DNA of 64,000 nt from Eutreptiella sp. 'Long Island Sound 2002' (taxonomy: Eukaryota; Protista; Euglenida), in assembly GCA_964036045.1 (NCBI GenBank), contig OZ038378.1, positions 12,586,001-12,650,000 of the forward strand, written 5' to 3'. A model generated the notes under the pieces. That model did not search any database. It was not told the DNA's origin and saw only the letters and a list, made by a program, of their open reading frames with translations. Each line of letters starts with the position of its first letter. The first letter of the stretch is position 1. Shown here in pieces: positions 52,166-62,490 of this stretch. The position numbers and the translations under genes were made by a program.

Positions 52166-54499
52166 ATGACATATGTGTATCACTGCACGTCCACCGGCAG
52201 AAACAAATTTGTGCATCCCAATACGGGCACTTTCGGTGGTGATAATAACACCTCTGTCGGATCTTTGGTCTATGATGAACCGAATGTCAATTCGAAGGCA
52301 TACATAGGGGCTGTTCTAAATGGCAACAAATTTCACTGTTCACTGTCTGCTTGGTTCGCGTTCTGCGCTCTCAAACCCATCGCCAATGGAAAATGGGAGT
52401 GGGAGATAAGTGACTCACTGTTACGTTCGCTGAATACATCACCGTCGGGTGCGGTATATGTTTCCATTTTCGACCCAATTTTGGGTCTTGTTCGGGATGT
52501 AGAGTTGGATATGCATCGGAGTACTGTTTTGTGTGCATATGCGAAATACCCGGGACGTGTCCGGACCACGCCTCCAGGTGGCACTGTTGTTGAGGGGCAC
52601 ATTCGTTTCAGACTGGCTGCCCAAACGCTGTATGGCACAGTCATGTGCGTTGATACCGATGTTATACAGATTGAGGTCAAATCTGAGGACAGCGAGGAAT
52701 TACTCCGGACATTGAGACAGATTGAAACTCTGGTTTACATAGGTGGCTCAACCCTCCGTAGTGGGAATAGGACGCGGGTGTATGCTGTAGATGAGGCTGA
52801 TCAAGACAATTTCGCGACGCAAGGTCTGCGCGGAGACACATTTGTTAATGGCAATTGGTATGTAACATCCCATTCTGCCAATCACTTTATCGCAATAACA
52901 TCTTCCCTACAGTCTACCTTGTCGAGCTACGAATATGACTGGCCCTTTCCGGTGTCATACGTGCAAGAGGGGTTGGTCATTGTGGCCGCCTTCGAGCAGA
53001 CAATACCCGCTATGCCCACACCTATGTTGCTGAATATAAGACAGATGCCTAATGTCACCATAGCCAAATCCTCAGTGGTACTACGCGATGGTAATAAATC
53101 AATTGACATTTTGGCCCGTGCCCCAGATACTGCATTACTGGTGCTGACGGATGATGCTGTTTTCCTGCGACCTCCTGGTCTTGTGGTGTCCACACTGATT
53201 CGTGCAACCGTACTGGAGTCACATAGCCACAAGACTGGCATGTATTTTCCGACTGCTAGGAGCATTGCATGTTTTGCCAAACCCGGATCCTATGAGTCTC
53301 TAGCGTTCATTATGGTACCCACTGTTTGGCCTGCTAATCCTAATGGCGCCAATGCTGTGACTGTGGGGGTGACTAGCATTGGTAATGGGCTTTATGAACA
53401 AGAATGGACATTCACAGGGCGGATGCTTCTGCACGCGCTGTCGTGGTCCATCAGCATTGAAAATGTTACCGTGGCCGATACAAGAATCAGTATCACGCTT
53501 TACGGAAAAAATGTACTGCAGTCTGCGTGGACCACCTTATACACATTGCGAGATTACACAGTAGGTTCGACTACAACATCACACACTGTTCAGTTTCGTG
53601 ACTCCCTTTTGCCCTATCACACCGGTGACCCTCTGCCCATTGGATCATTGTCGGCTGAACACCTGCTACAGATACTGACATCAATGCAGTACTATCGAGT
53701 ACGAATACAGACAATAGATTCGACAATGACACTGAATATATCGAAAGTTGTGCTGCGAACTACACCTGATATACACGCGGCTTCATTCATCAAGCCGCGT
53801 TTGTTGGGTTCTGCAGGTCTGACCGCTGGTATGAGGGTTATCCGGATCAAACTGTCTAAAAAGGTTCAGGGGGTGGAGATATGCCCCTGTGCAGTTGGGG
53901 CATTTTTGGAAATTTGGAAAGTGGATACCCCTGGGCCAATATGGGTAGACGCACTTGGTACATCTTGGACATCAGGTTCATTTGTAAATTATGGAAAGCG
54001 GAGTTTACTGGAGAATTGCTCCGTCTCGCTCACTTCGGTTACCCTGCCAAGAGATGTACCGTTATGTGGACGTGATACCACCGTGCAGTCATTTCCGTAC
54101 TTCTGGTGTTTTGTCAGACATCCATGTCTCAAACCTGTTCGCTCAGCGGTGTTCAGTCGTTTACGGAGGACTTCTCCCTCTGCAGTATTGCCTCGTTGGA
54201 TACAGGAATCAAATACATTATGTTTTCTTGTCGGTGTTTCATCAGCAAAGGTATCCAATGGAAACGCCTTTATTGAGTGTCATGGTGCCACTGTTGTGGA
54301 GGCCGAAATGACGGACATGATACAAGCAGGGATGCCCGAATTCTGTATGATTTCTGTGGATAATGAAGTGCTGAACTTTGTTCAATACGGAGACACACAA
54401 CGTGAGGTTGTTCCATTGGAGGCACCCGATGATATTTTGTCCGGCATAACCGCTACTTTGACAGTTACGGTACAATCTGGAAAACCGGGTCGCAATTGA
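52166..54499 (+). CDS. penton/minor-capsid-like protein (irido/marseillevirus type, by recollection)
   Basis: N-terminal STGRN..HP..G.F; C-terminal LTSVTLP...FPYFW...FIEC.G...P.EAPD...ITATL. Confidence 0.45.
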   Translation: MTYVYHCTSTGRNKFVHPNTGTFGGDNNTSVGSLVYDEPNVNSKAYIGAVLNGNKFHCSLSAWFAFCALKPIANGKWEWEISDSLLRSLNTSPSGAVYVSIFDPILGLVRDVELDMHRSTVLCAYAKYPGRVRTTPPGGTVVEGHIRFRLAAQTLYGTVMCVDTDVIQIEVKSEDSEELLRTLRQIETLVYIGGSTLRSGNRTRVYAVDEADQDNFATQGLRGDTFVNGNWYVTSHSANHFIAITSSLQSTLSSYEYDWPFPVSYVQEGLVIVAAFEQTIPAMPTPMLLNIRQMPNVTIAKSSVVLRDGNKSIDILARAPDTALLVLTDDAVFLRPPGLVVSTLIRATVLESHSHKTGMYFPTARSIACFAKPGSYESLAFIMVPTVWPANPNGANAVTVGVTSIGNGLYEQEWTFTGRMLLHALSWSISIENVTVADTRISITLYGKNVLQSAWTTLYTLRDYTVGSTTTSHTVQFRDSLLPYHTGDPLPIGSLSAEHLLQILTSMQYYRVRIQTIDSTMTLNISKVVLRTTPDIHAASFIKPRLLGSAGLTAGMRVIRIKLSKKVQGVEICPCAVGAFLEIWKVDTPGPIWVDALGTSWTSGSFVNYGKRSLLENCSVSLTSVTLPRDVPLCGRDTTVQSFPYFWCFVRHPCLKPVRSAVFSRLRRTSPSAVLPRWIQESNTLCFLVGVSSAKVSNGNAFIECHGATVVEAEMTDMIQAGMPEFCMISVDNEVLNFVQYGDTQREVVPLEAPDDILSGITATLTVTVQSGKPGRN

Positions 54500-54814
54500 G
54501 CAGATGGGCGTCTGAGGGGTATATCCCCTCTCCTCTCTGCTGCATTGATAATGACCGCGCAGCTTTGCGATTGAGTCGATGGTTGTGTGTTGCCGTCGCG
54601 CTCACGGTGGCGCTTCTCACGAAGAGCGGGTCGACGGTGCTTGCCACTCTGGCGTGCATCCCGGGCAAGCTCAAGTGCATACTCATAGTCGCGTATGATT
54701 GCCTGCTCCCTCATGCGTAGGATGCGGGGCCGCGTCATTGTCTGTGGCCGGAAACCCCAAACAGCAATGATATCTGAAAGGCAAAGCGTGTAATTTATAT
54801 ACATATATATATAA

Positions 54815-55558
54815 ATGGCACCTATTCGTGTGGGATGGTTCGATCGTGTCAACTTCAAAATTACCAATACCTTCGAACATGACAACAAGCGGGACAAACG
54901 ACGTCGGAAAAGGAATGAGGCAATTGCAATAAAATTATGTGCTCAGCTTGTGAAGGCTCTAGGCGGTATAGTTGAATACATCCACAACCATGAAATCTCA
55001 TACTTTGCTGATGGTGGTCATGATAAATCAATCCTTTTCTCGTTGTTTTTCGAAACAACCAAAGTAATGGTGATTCCTGACGGTATTGATGGGGTAAGGA
55101 GGCAACCTGACGGGCCTGGAGATGGTATATTGATCCGTTATCGTGCCCTTGGTGATACATTTCAATTAATGTTGGGTCGCCGCGGTCGAGTTATCAGTAT
55201 ACAGGACCTGGCAAAACGCTTGATGAGATTGAGCCTGGATGACACTGATTGGCTGATATTTGAGTCTCTGAATATACAATTTCATTTCCAAGCAAACAAC
55301 ATCGGTCGTTCCTACACCGACGATCATAGAACAGTTAGAGTTGAGAAGGGACTGGAGATGGAGTTGAAAAAGATTTTGTGTCTGATGTTACCAGCGGTAG
55401 ACAAGGTGGAGGTTGAAGTACACGCTGACATTTTGGATGTGTGGACAGCAGGTGAGAGTGGATACATTTGCCGTATAATGCTCAGAGACGAAGAACGACC
55501 AGCGTATCCTTTATGCAATACCGGATGGCCATACAAAGTCAGGTGGGTGCATTTGTAG
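54815..55558 (+). CDS. cargo hypothetical protein
   Basis: 247-aa ORF after a TATATA run. Confidence 0.6.
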   Translation: MAPIRVGWFDRVNFKITNTFEHDNKRDKRRRKRNEAIAIKLCAQLVKALGGIVEYIHNHEISYFADGGHDKSILFSLFFETTKVMVIPDGIDGVRRQPDGPGDGILIRYRALGDTFQLMLGRRGRVISIQDLAKRLMRLSLDDTDWLIFESLNIQFHFQANNIGRSYTDDHRTVRVEKGLEMELKKILCLMLPAVDKVEVEVHADILDVWTAGESGYICRIMLRDEERPAYPLCNTGWPYKVRWVHL

Positions 55559-55798
55559 TGGGACAAAACAAAGTGCAACGAACGGAAAAAATGTCTGGCA
55601 TCTTTTGTATCTACATCTTTCCGGTGTGGATTGTTTCTGGCCTCCTGAGCGAAAGGGCGAATATTGTCTGTGGATGGATGTCCACATACACCATTTCATG
55701 TAGCATGGTTCCATTTTGTCGACTTCGAAATTACCAATCTGGCTGACACACTTCAGTTGAATAATATGTGAAGATGTATACACATCTCTAAAAAAAGC

Positions 55799-56996
55799 AT
55801 GAATGTCGGTATCGTTGCATCAGCGCAATCTGCATACACACATACATCGCGCATAAAATTGCAAGGCGACGGAGATGACATTGTTGCTGTTGCACTGTCA
55901 GGGGGGGGCTGTTGCAGTGGCTTACGACGTTGAAGGGAGTTCACACCATGATCTACGCCTCATTATATATGATTCCTTCTCTGGAACGGAAAAATATTCA
56001 CACGAAATCGCAACCGACATTAACAAGAATGTAAAGTCCAATATTGCAATGGTCTTACTCACTGATGGGAAACCAATGGTGTTATTTTCCCAAGGACACA
56101 ACATTATGCGAAGTCGGGCCCTCGATGAGGAAGGTGAGCAATGGGAGGATCCGCAGATTATTTTTACACATCCAGTCAACCAGTGGATAACATCTCTTTC
56201 AAACATGGAACTCATTGACGGCAATCCAGCCATTGCATTTTCCCACGGCGGTGGCAATGTTTGGTACATCAGAGCCAGCGATCCAAAAGGTGACGCTTGG
56301 ACATATTATGTAACAACGGTCACCTATGGACGAGGTGATCAGGAGAAATTTTCGGAACACCTGCAGGATTACGCCTCCCTTGCAATTGTAAATGGAAACC
56401 CAGCGGTTTTGAAACAGCAGTGGGCACCAAACGGAAGTAAGGTTGGCGCAAGCTATGCACGGTCCCCCAATATAATTGGTGATAGTGCGTGGGGTCTCGA
56501 TAATCAAACAGCACAGATTAAAGATGACAGTGGTAACGATATAGTTTGCAGTGGGCAGACAAGAGGTTGGTTATTTTGGTGTCAAACAACACAACATCCC
56601 TACATTCTGAGGCCATCCAGAGGACTCTACTGTGGTCCAAATGCTAATGGAATCGGCTCAGGGAATTGGCATCTCATTCAGGACCTTAAACATGAGGGAA
56701 CTACTCCCTGTAACTATCCATGTGATGCGGTGTCTCTACTCAATGAGACACAGCTTTTGTACCCAGTGGTAAATTCGCACCGTGAACTTCAAATACGAAT
56801 GATAAGTATCACCGCACATGACAGTGTAAAGAAGAAACAGGTGAACCTGCCACCAATTACCGTATCTAGAATATTGGGCTCACTATGCGCAGTGATCATG
56901 CAAGAAGATATTGTGCTAGTGTTTGCGAGAGTACAAAATATTATTCACTTCATCAGGTATGATGCATCTGATGATGTCTCAGTAATTTCTATCTGA
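55799..56996 (+). pseudogene. MNVGIVASA-family protein with beta-propeller-like repeats; frameshift at G8 (55901-55908)
   Basis: ATG 55799 gives MNVGIVASA; repeats LTDGKPMV, LIDGNPAI, IVNGNPAV in ORF 55875-56996. Confidence 0.65.
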
Positions 56997-57178
56997 TGAC
57001 TGTCCTAACATTCGCATAATGATTAGGGTCTTGATCTGACTCGATTTGATCCCAACAAACGAGATGAGTCGCCCCTACTTTGACCTTTGCCCTGGAACTG
57101 GAAGAAGAATCACGAACGATTGTACATCCGATGGTACAAATGGTAGACAGGTGACACTTTGGATGACTGGACAGCAGT

Positions 57179-57478
57179 TCAGGCTGGATACACTTGCTGT
57201 ATAATGCTCAGAGATAACGAAGAACCGAATAACCGATCTGGCCATAAGAGCATATTAAGAACCGCAACGTAGTCCTGCTCTCGCACCCGCGAAATATCCA
57301 TGCATATTTGCAAAGAGAACACGCAGTTTTTTGTTTTTACTTTGTAGTTTTTCGTAATCAGGCGGTCAGCATCAGTAAGGATCATACACCAAACACCAGA
57401 CCTATTCACCGTTTTAATCACGTCTACAAACGCACCTCGGTAAAAGGTGACCCCTGTTTTGTCAACCATTTCCGCCAC
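57179..57478 (-). CDS. small hypothetical protein
   Basis: 99-aa ORF at the right end of the element. Confidence 0.35.
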   Translation of the reverse strand: MAEMVDKTGVTFYRGAFVDVIKTVNRSGVWCMILTDADRLITKNYKVKTKNCVFSLQICMDISRVREQDYVAVLNMLLWPDRLFGSSLSLSIIQQVYPA

Positions 57479-57584
57479 GCGTCAAATGACCTCTGCTTAG
57501 TAGGACGACATTGTAAAGTCATCTGTTTACAGGTCAATAAAGGTCTGTTAATAAGGTTGATATTGTCTGTGGCAGGGTGTCCAC

Positions 57585-57722
57585 TATACATCCATAACAA
57601 AGTCAACAAGCGGATTCTGAAACAATTCGTGAATAGACAAAAACTTGCAATTGCGGGTAATAGCAAACTTATTGATTCCCTGTTGATACTTGATGACTGC
57701 TTCGATCCTAGTTTCATATTCA
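57585..57722 (+). pseudogene. A32: A32 ATPase middle segment (Walker B), truncated again
   Basis: YIHNKVNKRILKQFVNRQKLA...LLILDDC; A32 similarity not evident after about 57722. Confidence 0.8.
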
Positions 57723-57778
57723 CCCGGTCTGGATTGTTTATTCCGCTGTGGATGGACAGCCTTTTTCTTGTGCTTTTT

Positions 57779-58147
57779 CTATGCATGCTGGCGATGTATC
57801 TTTTTGCAACTTTTGTTTTTCATTTCGGTGTACCTCCAGTTCGAGTCAAAGGTGCAATGGCCAATCATTGTTGATGGCCATAGATATATATACGTCCCGA
57901 TTATCAGTACCATTCCTACTAGAAAGGTTGCATACACCAATTCGGTTCTTTTATATTCCAAACCGATTCCGTGAGACGGGAAAGGTGTTGTGAAACAGTA
58001 TAAGTCTGGTGTTTTTGCCTCTGAGCCTTGTATATTTGCCGTATCAGTGTGAACGAATGTTGGCCAACCAAAAATACCATAACGTATATCTAGACCTTCT
58101 TCAGTTTCAGCAGCCGACAGTCTCGCAACCAGGCTGTGTTGTATCAA
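57779..58147 (-). pseudogene. partial paralogue of the 59216-60040 protein
   Basis: PDLYCFTTPFPSHGIGLEY versus PDLYCFTTPHPAYGIRLQY. Confidence 0.7.
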
Positions 58148-58317
58148 TTGTCATTATTTTGGGGGGTTGGGGTTAGTTCGACGTTTCCTTGGCTGTTTAT
58201 ACATCATCGATACTATCATACTCATCATTTCAGGTTGTATGGTTACCCGATGGTGCTTCAAATGGTCCCACAGTTTTCCGACATAATCATGACAAGTGTG
58301 TATGCCAACGCAAAGCA

Positions 58318-59058
58318 ATGAATGTGGGGATTGTAGCAAGTGCAGCAAGAAAAACCGGTGGTGATTCAGCCGCCACAATGCCGGTTACTGTGTCAAATGG
58401 CACGGATTATGTTTCCGCATACAGTCCCATAGGTGACCAGGTGACATACACACCCGTAAATGGACCCTCTGCAGCAATAATTTACAAAGCCCCTGGCAGT
58501 GGCCCTGCCTACATACACTGGCCCACCTTTGCTGTGCATCCGTTGCATTATGTCAATCCAGAAAAAAGCTTTTGGAATCGTACCCTTTATTTGGCAGTGG
58601 CATTTGAAATTAACGGTTGGCAAGAGCTTGTTGGACAGGGGTCGAATCCCGCACATGGTACAGATCCAGGTACCTATCGTTTGTTCGCCAATATTGGTGG
58701 CGCGGGCGCAAACAATATACCCATTTACTTCAGGTACCAGGTGACCTGCGAGCGTGACCTGTTGCTGGGTGGCAGCAGCTCAGTCTCAGCCAGTGTGTAC
58801 AACGGAGGCGGGATCCGAATTTTCACTGCATACATCGGTCCTGACACACAAAAATGTTTGATCAATGCGCAACACATAAAGGATTCGCCACGAACGGGTC
58901 TGTCACTGAGTGAATCCGCAATACTTTCACCCGTGCGAATAATGAACCAATTTAAGGGTAAGCTGTATGATATGCGTGTGTATGATGGTGAGCATACAGA
59001 CACTGAGGTGCAGACCACGTGCGAGGATATTGCACATGCGCTGGGCGTTACGCTCTAA
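58318..59058 (+). CDS. MNVGIVASA-family protein with LamG/ConA-like C-terminus
   Basis: MNVGIVASA start; FKGKLYDMRVYD..TDTEV. Confidence 0.65.
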   Translation: MNVGIVASAARKTGGDSAATMPVTVSNGTDYVSAYSPIGDQVTYTPVNGPSAAIIYKAPGSGPAYIHWPTFAVHPLHYVNPEKSFWNRTLYLAVAFEINGWQELVGQGSNPAHGTDPGTYRLFANIGGAGANNIPIYFRYQVTCERDLLLGGSSSVSASVYNGGGIRIFTAYIGPDTQKCLINAQHIKDSPRTGLSLSESAILSPVRIMNQFKGKLYDMRVYDGEHTDTEVQTTCEDIAHALGVTL

Positions 59059-59215
59059 GGTACAGCCCCCCCCCCCCCCCCCCATGTTGATGCCCGAACA
59101 ATCCTCCTTGACTGCTGGCCACCTCGCGCAAGGCATCCTAGTGGATCCTGGTAGTTTGGTGCGAACTAGTAGGTTTGCAGTTACAATGCAGTCAAACGAC
59201 AAACGCCTGTGAATC

Positions 59216-60040
59216 TCACTCGAATCCCCATTTTGCTCTTAACATATCGATTTCATTCGTAACATGCTGTGATGTCATGCCATTAGGTATATCATATATT
59301 CGAATTTCGTGGTATCTCATCCCTCTTTTCGGATCCCTCAAGCCCAATGAGTTCAGAAAGTGTGCATTATCGTACCATTGAGAAGCTGCTGTAGTAGCTG
59401 CAATAGCCAATTCTTGTTGATGGCCACGTGATGATGCCCATGTATATATGTCCATATTATCAGTACCACTACTACTGGAATTGCATACAAGTGCATACAC
59501 CAATTTATCGTCCTGTTGCATTAATTGTGTCCCTAACCTGGTCGTTCGATATTGCAAACGAATTCCGTAAGCCGGGTGAGGCGTTGTGAAACAGTATAAA
59601 TCTGGATTATATGCTGCTGTGTCTTCTTTATTTGCCGTCAGCCAATCACCCCCACTCTCTTGTGTATGTTGGCCAACCAAAATTATCATTTTACCGCGTA
59701 CAACTAGACTTGCTTCAGTTTCACCCACTGTTGCCATGCCATAGAGCGTGTGGTTCATCTGTAAATATGGGTAACCATTATTACTAAAATAGAGCACTCT
59801 ACCATTCTGGTCTATTGTTCTGGTCCCTTTTAGACATACTTGCCAAATGCAATTTTCTTCTGTACCTGATGGGGCTTTAATCGGTTTCCACCTTACTATA
59901 TCCTCGTGGTCTTCACTTCCAGTCACAGTGGTTCCATCATTTCTAATAATCGAACCTGATTCTCGAGAATCCCATATGTGAGTTACATATGTACTCAATC
60001 TCACCACTGCACCTGCACTTGCCACAATCCCTATGTTCAT
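59216..60040 (-). CDS. MNIGIVASA-family protein with LamG/ConA-like C-terminus
   Basis: MNIGIVASA start; YHEIRIYD...LRAKWG. Confidence 0.65.
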   Translation of the reverse strand: MNIGIVASAGAVVRLSTYVTHIWDSRESGSIIRNDGTTVTGSEDHEDIVRWKPIKAPSGTEENCIWQVCLKGTRTIDQNGRVLYFSNNGYPYLQMNHTLYGMATVGETEASLVVRGKMIILVGQHTQESGGDWLTANKEDTAAYNPDLYCFTTPHPAYGIRLQYRTTRLGTQLMQQDDKLVYALVCNSSSSGTDNMDIYTWASSRGHQQELAIAATTAASQWYDNAHFLNSLGLRDPKRGMRYHEIRIYDIPNGMTSQHVTNEIDMLRAKWGFE

Positions 60041-60906
60041 TGGTTTGCACCAGGATATACTGTATTGATACTTATGCTTGCTTGTCCGTGATGCATGACT
60101 GCGAACTAGTAGCGACCATTACGACCGATTTTCATTGTCACATTGCATCAATGTACAAACATCTTCTACTACTAGTATGCGTCATCTTGGCGTATGTAGT
60201 TTGTTAGTAGTCGTGTCTGCCGTAGTGATATAAACTGAACATCAATATGGTCGCAACGCAATTTGACCGCTGATTGGTCGGTAGATCATGTAGGATGACG
60301 TAAAACAGGCATCGAAATCAGGTCGGGGAGGATCATGCGGACGATGAGGCATGAGGCAAATGCAACAACGATGATAGGCCCGGCCCAGGCGTCCATGAAC
60401 AACAATATCATAATCATCACGATGGTCATTTGCATCGAAAATGCGATCATGCCCATCCACAGTAGTAACTGTGGGTACAACATTAAACTCCTGACAATCA
60501 AGAAACGACGGAATTACATAGGGCCCATTGAGGTAGAAATTTTCCCTGCTGCAGAAAGTCCACACATTCCGTGGATTCGTGCCTTGTTGATCAGATCGAC
60601 CCGCTTTAAAGATGGTATTTCTGATTCGCAGTTTTCAACACGAGGGCAAGTGCAGAAGGTCAAAAAAAATGTAAATGGTTGTAATACAGTGTAAATGTGA
60701 TGTGAATCATCCGGAAAATTGTGGTGACATTGGGTGAATTGAATAAATGAATGAATGAAAACCAGGAAAACCAGGAATCGGGCGGTCAGATATACAACAC
60801 TTTTCTACTCATTTCTCTCTGTGGTCCATGGTGTTGTGGACATTTATTTATCTGTTCCACAGTTTATGCTGTTTGACGTATTCTACATTCCGCTCACATT
60901 GTCATG

Positions 60907-62490
60907 TCATAGACCATATGGTTTGTCGATCATTCGTGCAATATCAAGCCATTTCTTGTGTGTTTTAGTGTCATCACTGATGAATGGTACACCTTGTATG
61001 CTAGCCGTTATGTCTTCCTGTCTAAGTTTGCCATATACGGTACATGTTGTGGTTGCGCTGCTATGGCCCACCCATTTCGCAATGGATTCCCATTTACATC
61101 CACATACCCACATGAGATGGATAAGGGTATGTCTGAATGAATGGGGATGCCCCTGGACCTGTGCCCTGTCCAAAATCCTTTTTATTTTTTTCCACATACA
61201 TGCTGTACTGGTATGTTCATGTGTCTTCAAGGTATGTGTCTTACGACCTGGAAACACATAATCACTATGTACAGACCGACAGGAATCGAGCCACCCAGCG
61301 AGCAAGATACGACATGATGCAGTCAAATGTACGACACGTTTCAGACCGTTCTTCTCTGTGGTGCATAGTGTTGTTGGCGTGGTTATCGGTCTGTTTCGCA
61401 GACCAGGGTAATAAAGGCGACAGAGTCCACCAATACGCAACCCAGTTGTTAGAAGCAGGATGACTATGAACTGTGAGAGGGGTTCACCTGTGCATGCATC
61501 AATAATGCACTTTATCTCTTCTGGTGTGAATGCTGTTTTGGAATGTGCATTCCTGCTGTGGCACAGCTGACACTGAAGTCTTGATACATGTGATCTGAAT
61601 TGTAACTCATCTCTACAGTCTGTTTTCTGTACCAAAATATGGTGCAACGTCTGAATATGTAATACATGCTTTTCGAATACTGCATTTCTGATTTGCTTCG
61701 ATTCATAAAGCTGTTCATATACATTGAGCCAATCTGCTATGGACATCTTCGATATTCTGAGCCATAGCTGGTCCGAAGACAATGTGCATAACTCGGGCAG
61801 CTTAGTAAATACTTTGTAATAGAAACAAGTCATACGGCATACATGCTGGCGAGTTGGATTGTGCCTGCAAACACCGAATATGTATTCATATGCAATCCGT
61901 GATAAGGATGAATAAACAGCATTATCCTTTTGTAACATGCGCACACAACCTGGTAGACAAATGTGTATTGCAAAAGGTTTGTTGTTTTGTGACCTGTCTG
62001 CGCGCACAATTGTTGTGCCCTCCTTGTATTTGTAGCTTTCAGGAATGTGCATTGGGTTCATTGCATGTGCAACATCGGGAGAGTACATACTCGTAATGGT
62101 GCATATGCCCCGCCGCGCCACATCTTGGTATGTGCGCGAATAAACACAATCCTCGCAACTCCTCATCCACACATCCCGCACTGTGGAAAGGGCACCCTTG
62201 TCATCTTTCAGGCCCAGTAAGAATGCTGGGTCGTCAATATCCAGTGCCCCGTTTTTGATTTTCCTGTTGCATTCTGCATTGAACCTGTTTACGAATGTGA
62301 AGAATACTGCAAGGAATGTATTCGCCCGGGATGCTGGTAGGTTGAATTTGTTGATAAGTTCTGTATGTATGTGCTTGTATATCGCAGTATATCTACACTT
62401 TCTCCACTTTGACGGTGCGGGCATCGTAATTAAAATGCATATATCTCTATAGGGCTTACATATATTTGAGTAATGAGTGAAGGGGTGCAA
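60907..62490 (-). CDS. large tyrosine recombinase, type A (likely start 62424)
   Basis: TTGLR, EKNG, HPHSFRH, WVGH, CTVYG. Confidence 0.9.
   Translation of the reverse strand: MHPFTHYSNICKPYRDICILITMPAPSKWRKCRYTAIYKHIHTELINKFNLPASRANTFLAVFFTFVNRFNAECNRKIKNGALDIDDPAFLLGLKDDKGALSTVRDVWMRSCEDCVYSRTYQDVARRGICTITSMYSPDVAHAMNPMHIPESYKYKEGTTIVRADRSQNNKPFAIHICLPGCVRMLQKDNAVYSSLSRIAYEYIFGVCRHNPTRQHVCRMTCFYYKVFTKLPELCTLSSDQLWLRISKMSIADWLNVYEQLYESKQIRNAVFEKHVLHIQTLHHILVQKTDCRDELQFRSHVSRLQCQLCHSRNAHSKTAFTPEEIKCIIDACTGEPLSQFIVILLLTTGLRIGGLCRLYYPGLRNRPITTPTTLCTTEKNGLKRVVHLTASCRILLAGWLDSCRSVHSDYVFPGRKTHTLKTHEHTSTACMWKKIKRILDRAQVQGHPHSFRHTLIHLMWVCGCKWESIAKWVGHSSATTTCTVYGKLRQEDITASIQGVPFISDDTKTHKKWLDIARMIDKPYGL

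Larger units (their letters stand above)
45833..57586. mobile_element. 11,754-bp dual tyrosine-recombinase element: 23-bp perfect TIRs, 8-bp duplicated core TACATCCA (equivalently 21-bp TIR plus 12-bp direct repeat)
   Basis: TIR TAGTGGACACCCTGCCACAGACA at 45833-45855 and inverted at 57564-57586; core at 45825-45832 and 57587-57594; removal restores A32 RLYIH-NKVNK. Confidence 0.92.

Noticed and set aside
45833-57586. Autonomous hAT transposon (TAGTG ends, 8-bp duplication)
   Set aside because: No DDE transposase or BED finger recognised inside. A non-autonomous hAT origin remains an alternative and is noted in the finding.
43921-57586. Polinton/Maverick or virophage
   Set aside because: No protein-primed PolB or adenoviral protease seen; the MCP is NCLDV-type with RNA polymerase genes nearby; the only rve integrase belongs to the Gypsy element.
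59066-59083. C18 homopolymer as a regulatory or G-quadruplex element
   Set aside because: A single intergenic run between convergent genes, unreliable in length, with no supporting context.
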